Position numbers and translations under genes: made by a program
Shown here: in pieces, positions 38,847 to 49,232 of the stretch
How positions within the stretch are numbered: the stretch's first letter is position 1
Layout of the letters: every line of letters begins with the position of its first letter
Virus record (IMG/VR): IMGVR_UViG_3300042564_002580
Coordinates: 1-64,000 of that record
Reading direction: 5' to 3' (one strand)
DNA from: a virus
DNA length: 64,000 nucleotides
The notes under the pieces: model-generated
The model's input: the letters and a program-made list of their open reading frames with translations, nothing else
Databases searched by the model: none
What the model was told of the DNA's origin: nothing

Positions 38847-40781
38847 ATGTCCAAGACTATTGAAAACCCATACGAAAATTTTATTGCGTTATCTCGTTAC
38901 GCCAGATGGATTCCAGAAGAGAGCCGTCGTGAAACGTGGGGTGAGACAGTAGATCGATATTTTAACTTTATGCTGAAGCACTTAGAAACAAATTACAATT
39001 ACATTCCATCTGAAAAGCTTGTTGCGGAATTAAAAGACGGTGTATTCCAAAGAAATGTCATGCCCTCTATGCGTTCCGTAATGACTTCAGGAGCAGCTCT
39101 AGAAAGAGATAATGTAGCGGGGTACAATTGTGCTTTTCTTCCAGTTGATTCACCACGTTCGTTTGATGAAACAATGTATATTCTTATGTGTGGCACTGGC
39201 GTAGGTTTTTCTGTTGAGTATAAGTACATCAATAAGCTTCCTTCCGTCCCAGAATCTTTAGAAAAGTCAACTACTGTAATTACGGTTGAAGATTCAAAGC
39301 AAGGCTGGGCAAAAGCATACCGTGAGTTGTTAGCGCTACTATGGTCGGGTCAAATTCCAGCAATAGATGTTTCTAAAGTTCGTCCCGCAGGCGCAAGGCT
39401 TAAGACGATGGGTGGACGTTCGTCTGGACCGCAGCCCCTTATTAATTTGTTTGATTTTACAATTGCAAAATTTAAGAATGCTACAGGAAGAAACCTTAAG
39501 CCCATTGAATGTCACGACATTATGTGCAAGATTGGTGAAGTTGTTGTAGTAGGAGGAGTACGTAGATCAGCAATGATTTCTCTTTCAAATATTAATGATA
39601 TTGAAATGGCACAGGCTAAATCAGGTAACTGGTGGGAGCAAAACCCACAACGTGCATTATCAAATAACTCCGTTGCTTATTCTAGAAAACCAGATATGGA
39701 GCAATTCATTGCAGAATGGAAATCATTGTACGATTCAAAATCAGGAGAGCGTGGAATCTATAATGTTGCAGCAGCTCAAGCACAAGCAGCAAAGTATGGA
39801 CGCAGAGATCCAGAAATTCATTACGGAACTAACCCATGCTCAGAAATTATTCTTAGGCCGTATCAGTTCTGCAATCTTTCAGAAGTAGTTTTGCGTGAAC
39901 ACGACACAAAAAAAGAAATTGAGCGCAAAGTTGAGCTGGCTACAATTCTTGGAACATGGCAATCTACTCTTACTGACTTTAAGTATATTCGTAAAATTTG
40001 GAAAGATAATACAGAAGAAGAACGCTTACTTGGTGTTTCTCTTACTGGGCAGTTTGGTCATAAGCTAATGTCTGGAAAAGAAGATTTGGTTTCGCTTGAA
40101 GCATTTTTAATGAGCCTTAAAGAGTCTGCAAGAGAAACAAATAAAAGCGAAGCTGGAAAGATTGGCATTCCTGAGTCGGCAGCTATTACCTGTGTAAAAC
40201 CATCTGGAACGGTATCTCAATTAGTTGGAGTATCTTCAGGTATGCATGCTTGGCATTCTCCTTACTATATAAGAACCGTTCGTGGCTCAAAAGGAGATCC
40301 AATTTCTGTTTTTCTTAAAGAAGTTGGCATACCAGTAGAAGATGATGTGATGAAGCCAAACGAAACATATGTTTTTTCTTTTCCAGTAAAAGCTCCAGAG
40401 GGTGCAATTGTTAGAAATGATTTGACAGCTATTGAGCATTTAAACATTTGGCTAGTTTATCAACGTGCATGGTGTGAGCATAAGCCTTCTATTACTGTTT
40501 CAGTAAAAGAAGATGAATGGATGGAAGTTGGGGCTTGGGTATACAAAAATTTTGATGAAGTTTCTGGAATTTCATTCTTGCCACACTCAGATCATTCATA
40601 TAAGCAGGCACCGTATCAAGAAGTAACAAAAGAAGAGTACCAGAGCCTTGTTGCAAAAATGCCAAAAAGCATTCGTTGGGAAGATTTATCTTTTTATGAA
40701 ACAGAAGACGGAACATCTACAAATGCAACACTTGCCTGTAGCTCTGATGGCAATTGTGAATTGGTAGATATTAGCGCATAG
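38847..40781 (+). CDS. nrdJ: Class II (adenosylcobalamin) ribonucleotide reductase
   Basis: YNCAF, TNPCSEI, FCNLSE, TCVKPSGT, C-terminal Cys pair; no beta subunit nearby. Confidence 0.9.
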   Translation: MSKTIENPYENFIALSRYARWIPEESRRETWGETVDRYFNFMLKHLETNYNYIPSEKLVAELKDGVFQRNVMPSMRSVMTSGAALERDNVAGYNCAFLPVDSPRSFDETMYILMCGTGVGFSVEYKYINKLPSVPESLEKSTTVITVEDSKQGWAKAYRELLALLWSGQIPAIDVSKVRPAGARLKTMGGRSSGPQPLINLFDFTIAKFKNATGRNLKPIECHDIMCKIGEVVVVGGVRRSAMISLSNINDIEMAQAKSGNWWEQNPQRALSNNSVAYSRKPDMEQFIAEWKSLYDSKSGERGIYNVAAAQAQAAKYGRRDPEIHYGTNPCSEIILRPYQFCNLSEVVLREHDTKKEIERKVELATILGTWQSTLTDFKYIRKIWKDNTEEERLLGVSLTGQFGHKLMSGKEDLVSLEAFLMSLKESARETNKSEAGKIGIPESAAITCVKPSGTVSQLVGVSSGMHAWHSPYYIRTVRGSKGDPISVFLKEVGIPVEDDVMKPNETYVFSFPVKAPEGAIVRNDLTAIEHLNIWLVYQRAWCEHKPSITVSVKEDEWMEVGAWVYKNFDEVSGISFLPHSDHSYKQAPYQEVTKEEYQSLVAKMPKSIRWEDLSFYETEDGTSTNATLACSSDGNCELVDISA

Positions 40782-40853
40782 TGGTACAATTATAGAATTG
40801 AGCTAAGGCTCAAAATTCCTAGGCTTCCCGCCTAGAAATAAGGAGGATCAAAA

Positions 40854-41087
40854 ATGGCAAAAGCTAAAGAAGATCTTAATGGAGATGGAAAGGTTACAAT
40901 GCAAGAGAAGATTCTAGCAGCACTAGCAAGTTATGGACGTCATTTTCTAGGAGCGGCAATTGCTCTATATATGACAGGCAACACCAGCCCAAGAGACCTA
41001 CTACTTGGCGGATTTGCTGCCACAGCACCCGTAATTTTGAAAGCACTCAACCCTAATGAACCATCATTTGGGTTTACCAACAAGTAA
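40854..41087 (+). CDS. Small membrane protein (holin-like)
   Basis: DLNGDG motif, two hydrophobic stretches, ALNPNEPSFG end. Confidence 0.5.
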   Translation: MAKAKEDLNGDGKVTMQEKILAALASYGRHFLGAAIALYMTGNTSPRDLLLGGFAATAPVILKALNPNEPSFGFTNK

Positions 41088-41163
41088 ACAAAAAATAGTC
41101 AATTAGAAATACTCCTGTGCTAAAATTAGTACAGGAGTATTCCTATTTAGGAGACTATGGCAA

Positions 41164-41511
41164 ATGGCAGGACAAAAGAATTTCGAAGTAGATCAAAATG
41201 CAACATTTAGTTTTATAGTAGAATATAAAGACGAAAATGACAATGCGATTGATCTTACTGGTGCATCTGCAAAGATGCAGGTGCGTGATACAAAAGGCGG
41301 CAGCAAATTAGCCGTTACACTAACATCACCATCTGGCGGAATTACAATTGATGGACCTAATGGTAAATTAACTGTAAGAATGACACCAACACAAACAAGT
41401 AAAATCTTTTATCCGAAATCATCTTATGATGTTATGGTTGTAGATTCTAATGGGAATAAAATAAAGCTCCTTGAAGGGTTTATGACCCTAAATAGATCGG
41501 TAACTATTTAA
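41164..41511 (+). CDS. Virion structural protein (Ig/BppU-like beta fold)
   Basis: IDLTGASAKMQVR..YDV..LLEG pattern; first gene of structural run. Confidence 0.6.
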   Translation: MAGQKNFEVDQNATFSFIVEYKDENDNAIDLTGASAKMQVRDTKGGSKLAVTLTSPSGGITIDGPNGKLTVRMTPTQTSKIFYPKSSYDVMVVDSNGNKIKLLEGFMTLNRSVTI

Positions 41512-41951
41512 TGACTGAATCCGTAGTTGTTCGAGAGCAAATAAATAAAGTAGTAATTTCTTCTCCAGGTCCACAAGGACCAAGAGGAAGAACCATTCTA
41601 AATGGAAATGGAGACCCAGCAGCAAATTTGGGTCTTACTGGAGATTTTTACTTTGATATGCTTTCAGCTGCATTTCACGGACCAAAGCTTTCTGATTTAA
41701 ATTGGTCAGGAGCAAGCAAAATATTTTTAACAAATAATACACTAGCGTATCCTTGGGAATTAACCCAAGTTACTGGTCCTTTATCTGGAGTGTATTCTGT
41801 TGTTATTAATCATGGACTAGGATATCAACCAAACGTAACAGTTAAGTCTAGTGCAGGCGATATTTTGGAAACTGGAATAGACTACAATAGTACTAATCAA
41901 ATAACACTGACTATGGCTCAACCATTTTCAGGGACAGCATACCTGTCATAA
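41511..41951 (+). CDS. Virion fibre/connector protein
   Basis: GPQGPRG, INHGLGYQPNVTV C-terminal domain. Confidence 0.6.
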   Translation: MTESVVVREQINKVVISSPGPQGPRGRTILNGNGDPAANLGLTGDFYFDMLSAAFHGPKLSDLNWSGASKIFLTNNTLAYPWELTQVTGPLSGVYSVVINHGLGYQPNVTVKSSAGDILETGIDYNSTNQITLTMAQPFSGTAYLS

Positions 41952-41962
41952 GGAGATAGCAA

Positions 41963-43030
41963 ATGGCAAGAAAATTTTTAGTTAGCGTTGATCTCAACAA
42001 GAATGAGTTGCTCAATGCTAGAATTCAAAACTTAGGCGCAGCGCCTTCAAATCCAGTATCTGGTCAAATATACTACAATACTGGCACAAATATTCTTTAC
42101 TTCTATAATGGAACAGAGTGGACACCCGCATCTGGCTCTACAGAAGTTATTCAAGACATCATTGGCTCATCCGTATTAGGCGGTACCGCTCTTACAGCTA
42201 CCTATAACGATGCAGCAGGAACAACAACATTAAAGTTAAACGATACATCAGTAACCGCTGGATCTTACGGTTCATCTTCATCTATACCTTCATTTACAGT
42301 TGACGCACAAGGTAGACTAACATCTGCAGCCGAAACAAGTATTCCAGATCCAGTAATTACACTTTCAGGAGATGTAACTGGTTCTGCAACAATGACCAAT
42401 TTGGGTGATGTTACAATATCAACTACAATTGAGCCAAACTCAGTTGCCCTCGGAACTGATACAACTGGAAGCTATGTTTCAACAATTGCAGGAACATCTG
42501 GAGAAATTACAGTATCAGGCTCTGGATCAGAATCCGCAGCAGTAACTATTGGATTGCCAGATGATGTATCAATTACTGGTAACTTAAGCATTGGTGGAAA
42601 CCTTGATGTTCAAGGATCTATTAACTCAATAAGCACAACAGAAGTTAATATTGTTGATAATAAAGTAGTTCTTAACACAAACGTAACAGGAGCCCCATTA
42701 GCAGATGCTGGCCTTAAGGTAAACCGTGGAACCTCTGCAGATGTAGAGCTTTTGTGGAACGAAACGGCAGACCAATGGACATTAACAAATGATGGCACAA
42801 ATTATCATGAGATAACAAGAAAATATAAGACTACGCTAAATACTTCAGCAACATCTTATACAGTAACCCACAATTTAGGAACAAAAGACATAGTTATTTC
42901 TATCTACGAAGTTGCAGCACCATATGCAGAGATACTTGCAGATGTTGAGCATACATCAGATTCAGATATAACTATTAAGTTTGCAGTTGCACCAGCATCT
43001 GGAGAATATAGAGTAGTTGTAATAGGATAA
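41963..43030 (+). CDS. Virion fibre protein
   Basis: TVDAQGRLT, LSGDVTGS fibre motifs; VTHNLGT C-terminal domain. Confidence 0.65.
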   Translation: MARKFLVSVDLNKNELLNARIQNLGAAPSNPVSGQIYYNTGTNILYFYNGTEWTPASGSTEVIQDIIGSSVLGGTALTATYNDAAGTTTLKLNDTSVTAGSYGSSSSIPSFTVDAQGRLTSAAETSIPDPVITLSGDVTGSATMTNLGDVTISTTIEPNSVALGTDTTGSYVSTIAGTSGEITVSGSGSESAAVTIGLPDDVSITGNLSIGGNLDVQGSINSISTTEVNIVDNKVVLNTNVTGAPLADAGLKVNRGTSADVELLWNETADQWTLTNDGTNYHEITRKYKTTLNTSATSYTVTHNLGTKDIVISIYEVAAPYAEILADVEHTSDSDITIKFAVAPASGEYRVVVIG

Positions 43031-43039
43031 GGATTTCAA

Positions 43040-43417
43040 ATGGCCAAAAAGTTTAAGTCATTATTAAATCTTCTTACACTTGCAGAAGATCCGTTGAGCG
43101 GATCCACTGGAGATGTTTATTTTAATGTAACAAGCAAAAACATTAAAATTTACAACGGTGCAGTGTGGGTTGACTTAACTCCTGGCACTACTGACCCCGC
43201 TCCATTCTATATGCATACACATTCCTATGATGGAAATGTACATACAGTTAACCTTCAAGAAACAATAAACTTTTCTGAAGATATTAACAATAATGCTGGC
43301 GTATTAGAAACTAATCCTGCTATAATTGGTCTAGACGGTGGTACTCCAACATCATCGTATGCAAACGCAAGTTACACAGAATTAACACTGTTGGACGGAG
43401 GACAAATTGGCAACTAG
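43040..43417 (+). CDS. Small virion connector protein
   Basis: GDVYFN..IYNGAVW; C-terminal LDGG x2. Confidence 0.55.
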   Translation: MAKKFKSLLNLLTLAEDPLSGSTGDVYFNVTSKNIKIYNGAVWVDLTPGTTDPAPFYMHTHSYDGNVHTVNLQETINFSEDINNNAGVLETNPAIIGLDGGTPTSSYANASYTELTLLDGGQIGN

Positions 43418-43958
43418 CTACCCAACATCAAAAGATAATCTTACAAATCCTGCCGCAACTGAATCAATGGAAGGCCATGCAGACCTGCACGGTAATGTCA
43501 ATGATGCAATTGAGGCAATTGAGAACAAGCTGGGTGTAGACGGATCAACGGATGTAAACTCAATAGATTATAAAGTAAGTCAGCTTCAAGCAAACCTATC
43601 TACTTTAGATGCAGAAAATGCTTCAGAGCTACTAGGTTTGGACGGAAACAATGATCTTACTATAGACGGTATAGAAAATAAAACAACTATAGATTCATTC
43701 TCAAAGACAGTATACAAGACAGTTAGATATACATTACAGATTGATAAATCTGTTGGAAACTTAACTCACACATCAACAATTGTCTTGCTTAACGATGGAA
43801 CTGATGTTCATATCTCAGAGTCAGATATAGTATCAAACACAGATTTATCTTTAGCTACAGTTACTTTTGAAGAAAATAGCGGTATAATAAGTCTATGCGT
43901 AACACCTGTTTCAGGATCAATAAAAGTAAGATATTTTAGAACAGCATTAAAAGCATAA
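43407..43958 (+). CDS. Virion fibre-associated protein
   Basis: NDAIEAIENKLG coil plus beta C-terminal domain. Confidence 0.55.
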   Translation: MATSYPTSKDNLTNPAATESMEGHADLHGNVNDAIEAIENKLGVDGSTDVNSIDYKVSQLQANLSTLDAENASELLGLDGNNDLTIDGIENKTTIDSFSKTVYKTVRYTLQIDKSVGNLTHTSTIVLLNDGTDVHISESDIVSNTDLSLATVTFEENSGIISLCVTPVSGSIKVRYFRTALKA

Positions 43959-43985
43959 AAAAAGCAGTAAAAGGGAGTCATATCA

Positions 43986-45584
43986 ATGGCAACAGTAAAC
44001 AAGAATTTTAGAATTAAAAATGGTCTTATCGTTGAGGGTGGAACAGCTACCGTTAACGGTTTTGGTGTATTAACCAAGGCACAGGCAGACCAAGACTACA
44101 TTGTTGGTCTTATTGGTGGTACAGCAACTTCAGCTAACACAGTAAATACTGTAGTTAAGCGTGATGCATCAGGCAATTTTGCCGCAGGAACAATTACTGC
44201 TACATTTGTTGGTAACCTTACTGGTGATGTAACAGGTACAGTTTCAAGTCTTTCAAATCATGACACAGCGGATCTTGCAGAAAATGCAGCAAACAAATAT
44301 TTTACAGATGCTCGTGCACTTGCAGCAACAGCCGCAGCATACGATGCAGCAGGCTCAGCAGCAGCAGCACAGTCAGCAGCAACTACAGCAGCAGCAACAG
44401 ATGCAACAACTAAGGTAGCAGCAGAAGCAGCACTTAGAGTATCAGGCGACGCAGCTTCAGTATCAACTGCAGCAGCAGATGCTACTACAAAAGCTAACGC
44501 AGCTCAAGCAGCAGCAGAAGCCACAGCAGCATCAGATGCAACATCTAAGGCTAACGCAGCTCAAGCAGCAGCTATCTCAGCAGCAGCAGCAGATGCTACT
44601 ACAAAAGCCAACGCAGCACAGTCTGCAGCAGCATCAGATGCTACTACAAAAGCCAACGCCGCTCAAGCAGCAGCCGAAGCTACAGCAGCAGCAGCGCTTT
44701 CATCTGCAATCTCAACAGAGGTTTCAAACCGTAACACAGCAATTTCAACTGCAGTAGATTCATTAGTGGATGGCGCACCATCACTTCTTAACACATTAAA
44801 TGAATTAGCAGCAGCAATCAATGATGATGCTAATTACACAACAACTATAACAACAGCCCTTGGAACAAAGGCTAACTCAGCTCAAGTAACAACAGATATT
44901 GCGGCAGCAGTTTCAACAGCTGCATCAGATGCTACTACAAAAGCCAACGCAGCTCAAGCAGCAGCTATCTCAACAGCCGCATCAGATGCTACTACAAAAG
45001 CTAACGCAGCTCAAGCAGCAGCAGAAGCAACAGCAGCAGCAGCGCTTTCAGCACACAGCGCAGATACAACAAACATTCACGGAATTGCAGATACTTCACT
45101 TCTAGCAACTACAGCAAACGTAGCAACAGCAGTTTCAACAGCCGCATCAGATGCTACATCTAAGGCTAACGCAGCTCAAGCAGCAGCAGAAGCAACAGCA
45201 GCAGCAGCTAATACTGCTCAGCAAAATGGAACTACATCATTTACAGCAATTAATTACAATGATGTTGCTAAGCAGGTCGCAGCAACAACTGGAAACATTG
45301 CGGTGGCAGCAGAAACAACAGCTATTTCATGGGTAGCAGCAGACTACAGAAGCGCTAAGCTTGTAGTTAAAGCAAAGAATGGTGTTCACACCCAGGTTTC
45401 AGACTTGGTTGTAACACTTGATACTGCAAATAACGTAGGAGTTTCTGAATATGGAATTACATATTCAAACGGAACAGAACTAGCAGCAGTAACAGCAGAT
45501 TATTCTGGATCAGATGTAAGAGTCAGAGTAACACCAGCAAACGCTAACACAGAAGTTATTGTTGTTGGAATACTAATTAAATAA
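43986..45584 (+). CDS. Long Ala-rich coiled-coil fibre protein
   Basis: Repeated ASDATTKANAAQAAA units; APSLLNTLNELAAAI fibre motif. Confidence 0.7.
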   Translation: MATVNKNFRIKNGLIVEGGTATVNGFGVLTKAQADQDYIVGLIGGTATSANTVNTVVKRDASGNFAAGTITATFVGNLTGDVTGTVSSLSNHDTADLAENAANKYFTDARALAATAAAYDAAGSAAAAQSAATTAAATDATTKVAAEAALRVSGDAASVSTAAADATTKANAAQAAAEATAASDATSKANAAQAAAISAAAADATTKANAAQSAAASDATTKANAAQAAAEATAAAALSSAISTEVSNRNTAISTAVDSLVDGAPSLLNTLNELAAAINDDANYTTTITTALGTKANSAQVTTDIAAAVSTAASDATTKANAAQAAAISTAASDATTKANAAQAAAEATAAAALSAHSADTTNIHGIADTSLLATTANVATAVSTAASDATSKANAAQAAAEATAAAANTAQQNGTTSFTAINYNDVAKQVAATTGNIAVAAETTAISWVAADYRSAKLVVKAKNGVHTQVSDLVVTLDTANNVGVSEYGITYSNGTELAAVTADYSGSDVRVRVTPANANTEVIVVGILIK

Positions 45585-45653
45585 TTAAATAAAGGTTTCG
45601 GGGGGATTCCTTAAAAATCCCCCAACAAAAACTTAGGGGATATGTGAACTTAA

Positions 45654-46019
45654 ATGGCAACAGTAGATAAGAATTTTAAAGTAAAGAATGGGCTCAATGT
45701 CGCAGGAACTGCCACATTTGGGTCTAATGTTGTTTTAGGAGAAACACCCCTTAGATTTGATACAGTAACAAATAAATTACAGCTTCAAATAAATGGTGCT
45801 TGGGTCCCAATTGCACTTAATTCTGAGATCCCAGACACTTCACAAGATATTAGCTTTATGGATATTGGTTTAGCTATTGATTATAATGGGCAGCCAATAT
45901 ATACAGTACAGGCAAATGGAGTCACTCCAACAGGAATAAATAAGTTTATCGATGGAGGATCACCATCCTCTACAGATAATGATGTTTCAATGGTTTTTGA
46001 TTCAGGTGCTCTAGCTTAA
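45654..46019 (+). CDS. Small virion connector protein
   Basis: N-terminus MATVDKNFKVKNGL shared with 43986; C-terminal IDGG/FDSG. Confidence 0.55.
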   Translation: MATVDKNFKVKNGLNVAGTATFGSNVVLGETPLRFDTVTNKLQLQINGAWVPIALNSEIPDTSQDISFMDIGLAIDYNGQPIYTVQANGVTPTGINKFIDGGSPSSTDNDVSMVFDSGALA

Positions 46020-46071
46020 AGTAATAAATGATATAATAAGCAGTATAAATAAAATATAAAGGGGTAATAAA

Positions 46072-48276
46072 ATGGCAACAGTAAGAATTCAAGTACGAAG
46101 AGGAACCGCTTCACAATGGACCTCAGCAAATCCAACTTTGGCAGCAGGAGAGCTCGGCGTTGAGTCAGATACTAACCTCTTTAAGTTTGGTAACGGTTCA
46201 ACAGCATGGACAGCCCTTGCTTACGCAAATAACTCAGATGTAGCGATTGGTGAAATTTCCCAAGACGCAATTAATACAGCACTTACAATGGGTGCGGGTC
46301 TTACAAAGACATATAATGATGGTTCAAATACTATCACAATTACAGTAGATTCAAATGTAGTTGCGCTTAAGTCATATGTTGACAGCGCATTAACAGCTCA
46401 CGAAACTGATACAACTTCTGTTCATGGAATTCAAAATACAGCAGATCTAGTTTATTTGACAGGTGCTCAAACACTTACTGGAAAAACTTTAACAAGTGTT
46501 GTTTTAGATGGTACTCCTGTAGCACCAACACAAGCAGCTAATGATAATTCTACTAAAATTGCAACAACAGCATACGTTCAAACAGAGCTTGCAGATCTTA
46601 TAGGAGCAGCACCAGCATTGCTAGACACATTAAGCGAGCTATCAGATGCACTTGGCGATAATGAAAACTATGCAGCAGCAATGACAGCAACAATAACTGG
46701 TATTAATAATACAGTTGCAACAAAACTTGCTACAGCAGATTTTACAGCACATGTTATTGATACAACAGATGTTCATGGAATTTCAAATACAGCAAACTTA
46801 GTTTATACATCAGATTCAAGACTTTCTGATACTAGAACCCCTACAGCTGGATCTGTTGTTGCAGCGTCCATGGCCGTAGATTCTGTTGCAACAACAAGCT
46901 TGCTTGATTCTTCTGTAACTACTGCAAAAATTGCAGCAGTTTCAGTCACAGAAGCTAAACTTGCTGACGACTCAGTAACAGCAGCAAAGATAGCAGCAGG
47001 AGCGGTTGGAACTTCAGAGATTGCAGACCTAGCAGTTACTGCTTCTAAAATAGCAGCAGATGCAATTGGATCAACTCATATTGCCACATCTGCAGTAGGA
47101 ACTTCAGAGATTGCAGACGATGCAGTAACAGCAGCAAAGATAGCAGCAGGAGCGGTTGGAACTTCAGAGATTGCAGACGATGCAGTAACATCAGCAAAGA
47201 TTTTTGCAGGATCCGTTGTAACTGCCTCAATTAATAATTCAGCCGTTACAGAAGATAAAATTGCAGCACTTGCAGTTACTGAAGGTAAGATAGCAGCAGG
47301 AGCAGTAACATCTGGCAAAATTGCAGATGGAGCAATTGTAAATGCAGATATTAACGCAGCAGCAGAAATTGCAACATCAAAGATAGCAGGCCTTGACACA
47401 GCACTTGGCCTACTGGCACCTCTTGCTTCGCCAACATTTACTGGTACAGTAACTCTTCCAGCAGGAACAGTAACAACAGGAATGATACTTGATGGAACAA
47501 TTACAGATGCAGATATAAATGCAACTGCTGGAATTGCACAGTCTAAGATCTCAGGATTAACTACAGATCTTTCAAATAAGCTAGATTCAACAACAGCTGC
47601 TTCAACTTACGCACCACTTGCTTCACCAAATCTTACAGGAACTCCTACAGCTCCTACAGCAGCAGCAGGAACTTCTACAACACAAGTTGCAACTACAGCA
47701 TTTGTTGGAACAGCAGTAGCAGATCTTGTTGCATCAGCACCAGCAGCACTTAATACTCTTAATGAGTTAGCAACTGCACTTGGAAATGATGCTTCGTTCT
47801 CAACAACAGTTACAAATGCAATTGCACTAAAGTCACCACTAGCTTCTCCAACATTTACTGGTACATTAACTGCACCAGCAATAACAGCAACTGGTTTAGT
47901 AACTGCTTCAGCTTCAGGTATAGCATTTACAGATGGAACACAAACAAAGGCAGGAGTTCCATCATTGACTGTAATTGGAACTACAATTTCTGCAGCATAC
48001 AACCTGTCAACAGGCGGACTTGCCCTGAGAGATCAGTTAATACCAATTTCAGGTACACAGGTAATTACAGTACCAACAAATGCAACAACAGCATATCCAA
48101 TTGGAACTTCAATAAGCTTCTACCAGGCATCTGGAACTGGAGCAAGTTTTGCCTTCGCAAGCGGAGTCACACCTCTTGCAACACCAGGACAGACACTAAG
48201 AGCTCTATCATCTTCTGCAACACTAACAAAGGTTGCAACAGATACTTGGTTACTTGCTGGAGATCTAAAAGCTTAA
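46072..48276 (+). CDS. Tail-fibre-like protein with Mtd_N-like N-terminus and VTxxKIAxxA repeats
   Basis: IQVRRGTASQW..NPTLAAGELGVESDT; LASPTFTG and ALNTLNELA motifs; WLLAGDL end. Confidence 0.75.
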   Translation: MATVRIQVRRGTASQWTSANPTLAAGELGVESDTNLFKFGNGSTAWTALAYANNSDVAIGEISQDAINTALTMGAGLTKTYNDGSNTITITVDSNVVALKSYVDSALTAHETDTTSVHGIQNTADLVYLTGAQTLTGKTLTSVVLDGTPVAPTQAANDNSTKIATTAYVQTELADLIGAAPALLDTLSELSDALGDNENYAAAMTATITGINNTVATKLATADFTAHVIDTTDVHGISNTANLVYTSDSRLSDTRTPTAGSVVAASMAVDSVATTSLLDSSVTTAKIAAVSVTEAKLADDSVTAAKIAAGAVGTSEIADLAVTASKIAADAIGSTHIATSAVGTSEIADDAVTAAKIAAGAVGTSEIADDAVTSAKIFAGSVVTASINNSAVTEDKIAALAVTEGKIAAGAVTSGKIADGAIVNADINAAAEIATSKIAGLDTALGLLAPLASPTFTGTVTLPAGTVTTGMILDGTITDADINATAGIAQSKISGLTTDLSNKLDSTTAASTYAPLASPNLTGTPTAPTAAAGTSTTQVATTAFVGTAVADLVASAPAALNTLNELATALGNDASFSTTVTNAIALKSPLASPTFTGTLTAPAITATGLVTASASGIAFTDGTQTKAGVPSLTVIGTTISAAYNLSTGGLALRDQLIPISGTQVITVPTNATTAYPIGTSISFYQASGTGASFAFASGVTPLATPGQTLRALSSSATLTKVATDTWLLAGDLKA

Positions 48277-48304
48277 TTAATATAAAGAAATAGGAGATAT
48301 ATAA

Positions 48305-49231
48305 ATGTCAAAACATATAGGTAGAAAGTCATCTGCTCAAGATAACTTTGTGGGACCAAATCCAGTAACTGGAGTAACCGCAACAGATTATTTAAACGGA
48401 GTAAACAACGCTAGAGCGTTTAATGACGGAGCAATTACAGTTTCATGGTCCGCTCCAGTAGCAGGAAATACACCTACTGGATATAAAGTTTATGAAGCTG
48501 GAGTTCTACGGGCAACTGTTGCTTATGGTACAAATACAGCATTAATAACTGGCTTAGGCTCAAATACTTCACATACATATGCAGTTTCGTCTTATGACTC
48601 CTATTTAGACAATTCTTCAAATGCAGTTGCTGCACCAGCAGCAACAGCAACTACTGTTCCACAAGCACCAAATACCCCAACAGCAACAGCTGGTGTAGAT
48701 TTGGATACAATTGCATGGACACTTAATGCAAATGGTGGAAAAACAGTAATTGATATATATATTGAATCAAACGAAGCGACTCCAAAAAATAAAACAGTTA
48801 CAACCGCATCAAATGGAAGCACAACTATTGCAAATGAAGCAAATACTGCACAAGCTTACAGAGTACGAGCAAGAAATGCAAATGGCTCTAGTTCATTTTC
48901 AGCATTTTCTAACTCAGTTACGACGCTACCGCCTTCATTCTTTAGCCCACCGTTCTTCCCACCTGGCTTCTTCAGCCCACCGTTCTTCCCACCTGGCTTC
49001 TTCAGCCCACCGTTCTTCCCACCTGGCTTCTTTAGCCCACCGTTCTTCCCACCTGGCTTCTTCAGTCCACCGTTCTTCCCGCCAGTGTTCTTCAGCCCAC
49101 CGTTCTTTCCACCTGGCTTCTTTAGCCCACCGTTCTTCCCACCTGGCTTCTTCAGCCCACCGTTCTTCCCACCTGGCTTCTTTTCTCCACCAGCATTTGG
49201 TGGCGGCCAATTTTCTTTGAGGGCGTACTAA
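48305..49231 (+). CDS. Fibronectin type III domain protein with Pro/Phe-rich repeat tail
   Basis: VSWSAP..GY.V, YRVRARNANG FN3 motifs; (FFSPPFFPPG)8. Confidence 0.8.
   Translation: MSKHIGRKSSAQDNFVGPNPVTGVTATDYLNGVNNARAFNDGAITVSWSAPVAGNTPTGYKVYEAGVLRATVAYGTNTALITGLGSNTSHTYAVSSYDSYLDNSSNAVAAPAATATTVPQAPNTPTATAGVDLDTIAWTLNANGGKTVIDIYIESNEATPKNKTVTTASNGSTTIANEANTAQAYRVRARNANGSSSFSAFSNSVTTLPPSFFSPPFFPPGFFSPPFFPPGFFSPPFFPPGFFSPPFFPPGFFSPPFFPPVFFSPPFFPPGFFSPPFFPPGFFSPPFFPPGFFSPPAFGGGQFSLRAY
48938..49192 (+). repeat. 30-bp tandem repeat x8.5 encoding FFSPPFFPPG
   Basis: TTCTTYAGCCCACCGTTCTTCCCACCTGGC; variation mostly at synonymous positions. Confidence 0.95.
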
Positions 49232-49232
49232 T

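Noticed and set aside
38847-40781. Intein or intron in the RNR
   Set aside because: 644-aa uninterrupted ORF with no splicing motifs
46072-48276. Diversity-generating retroelement suggested by Mtd_N-like N-terminus
   Set aside because: No reverse transcriptase and no TR/VR pair with adenine-specific differences seen
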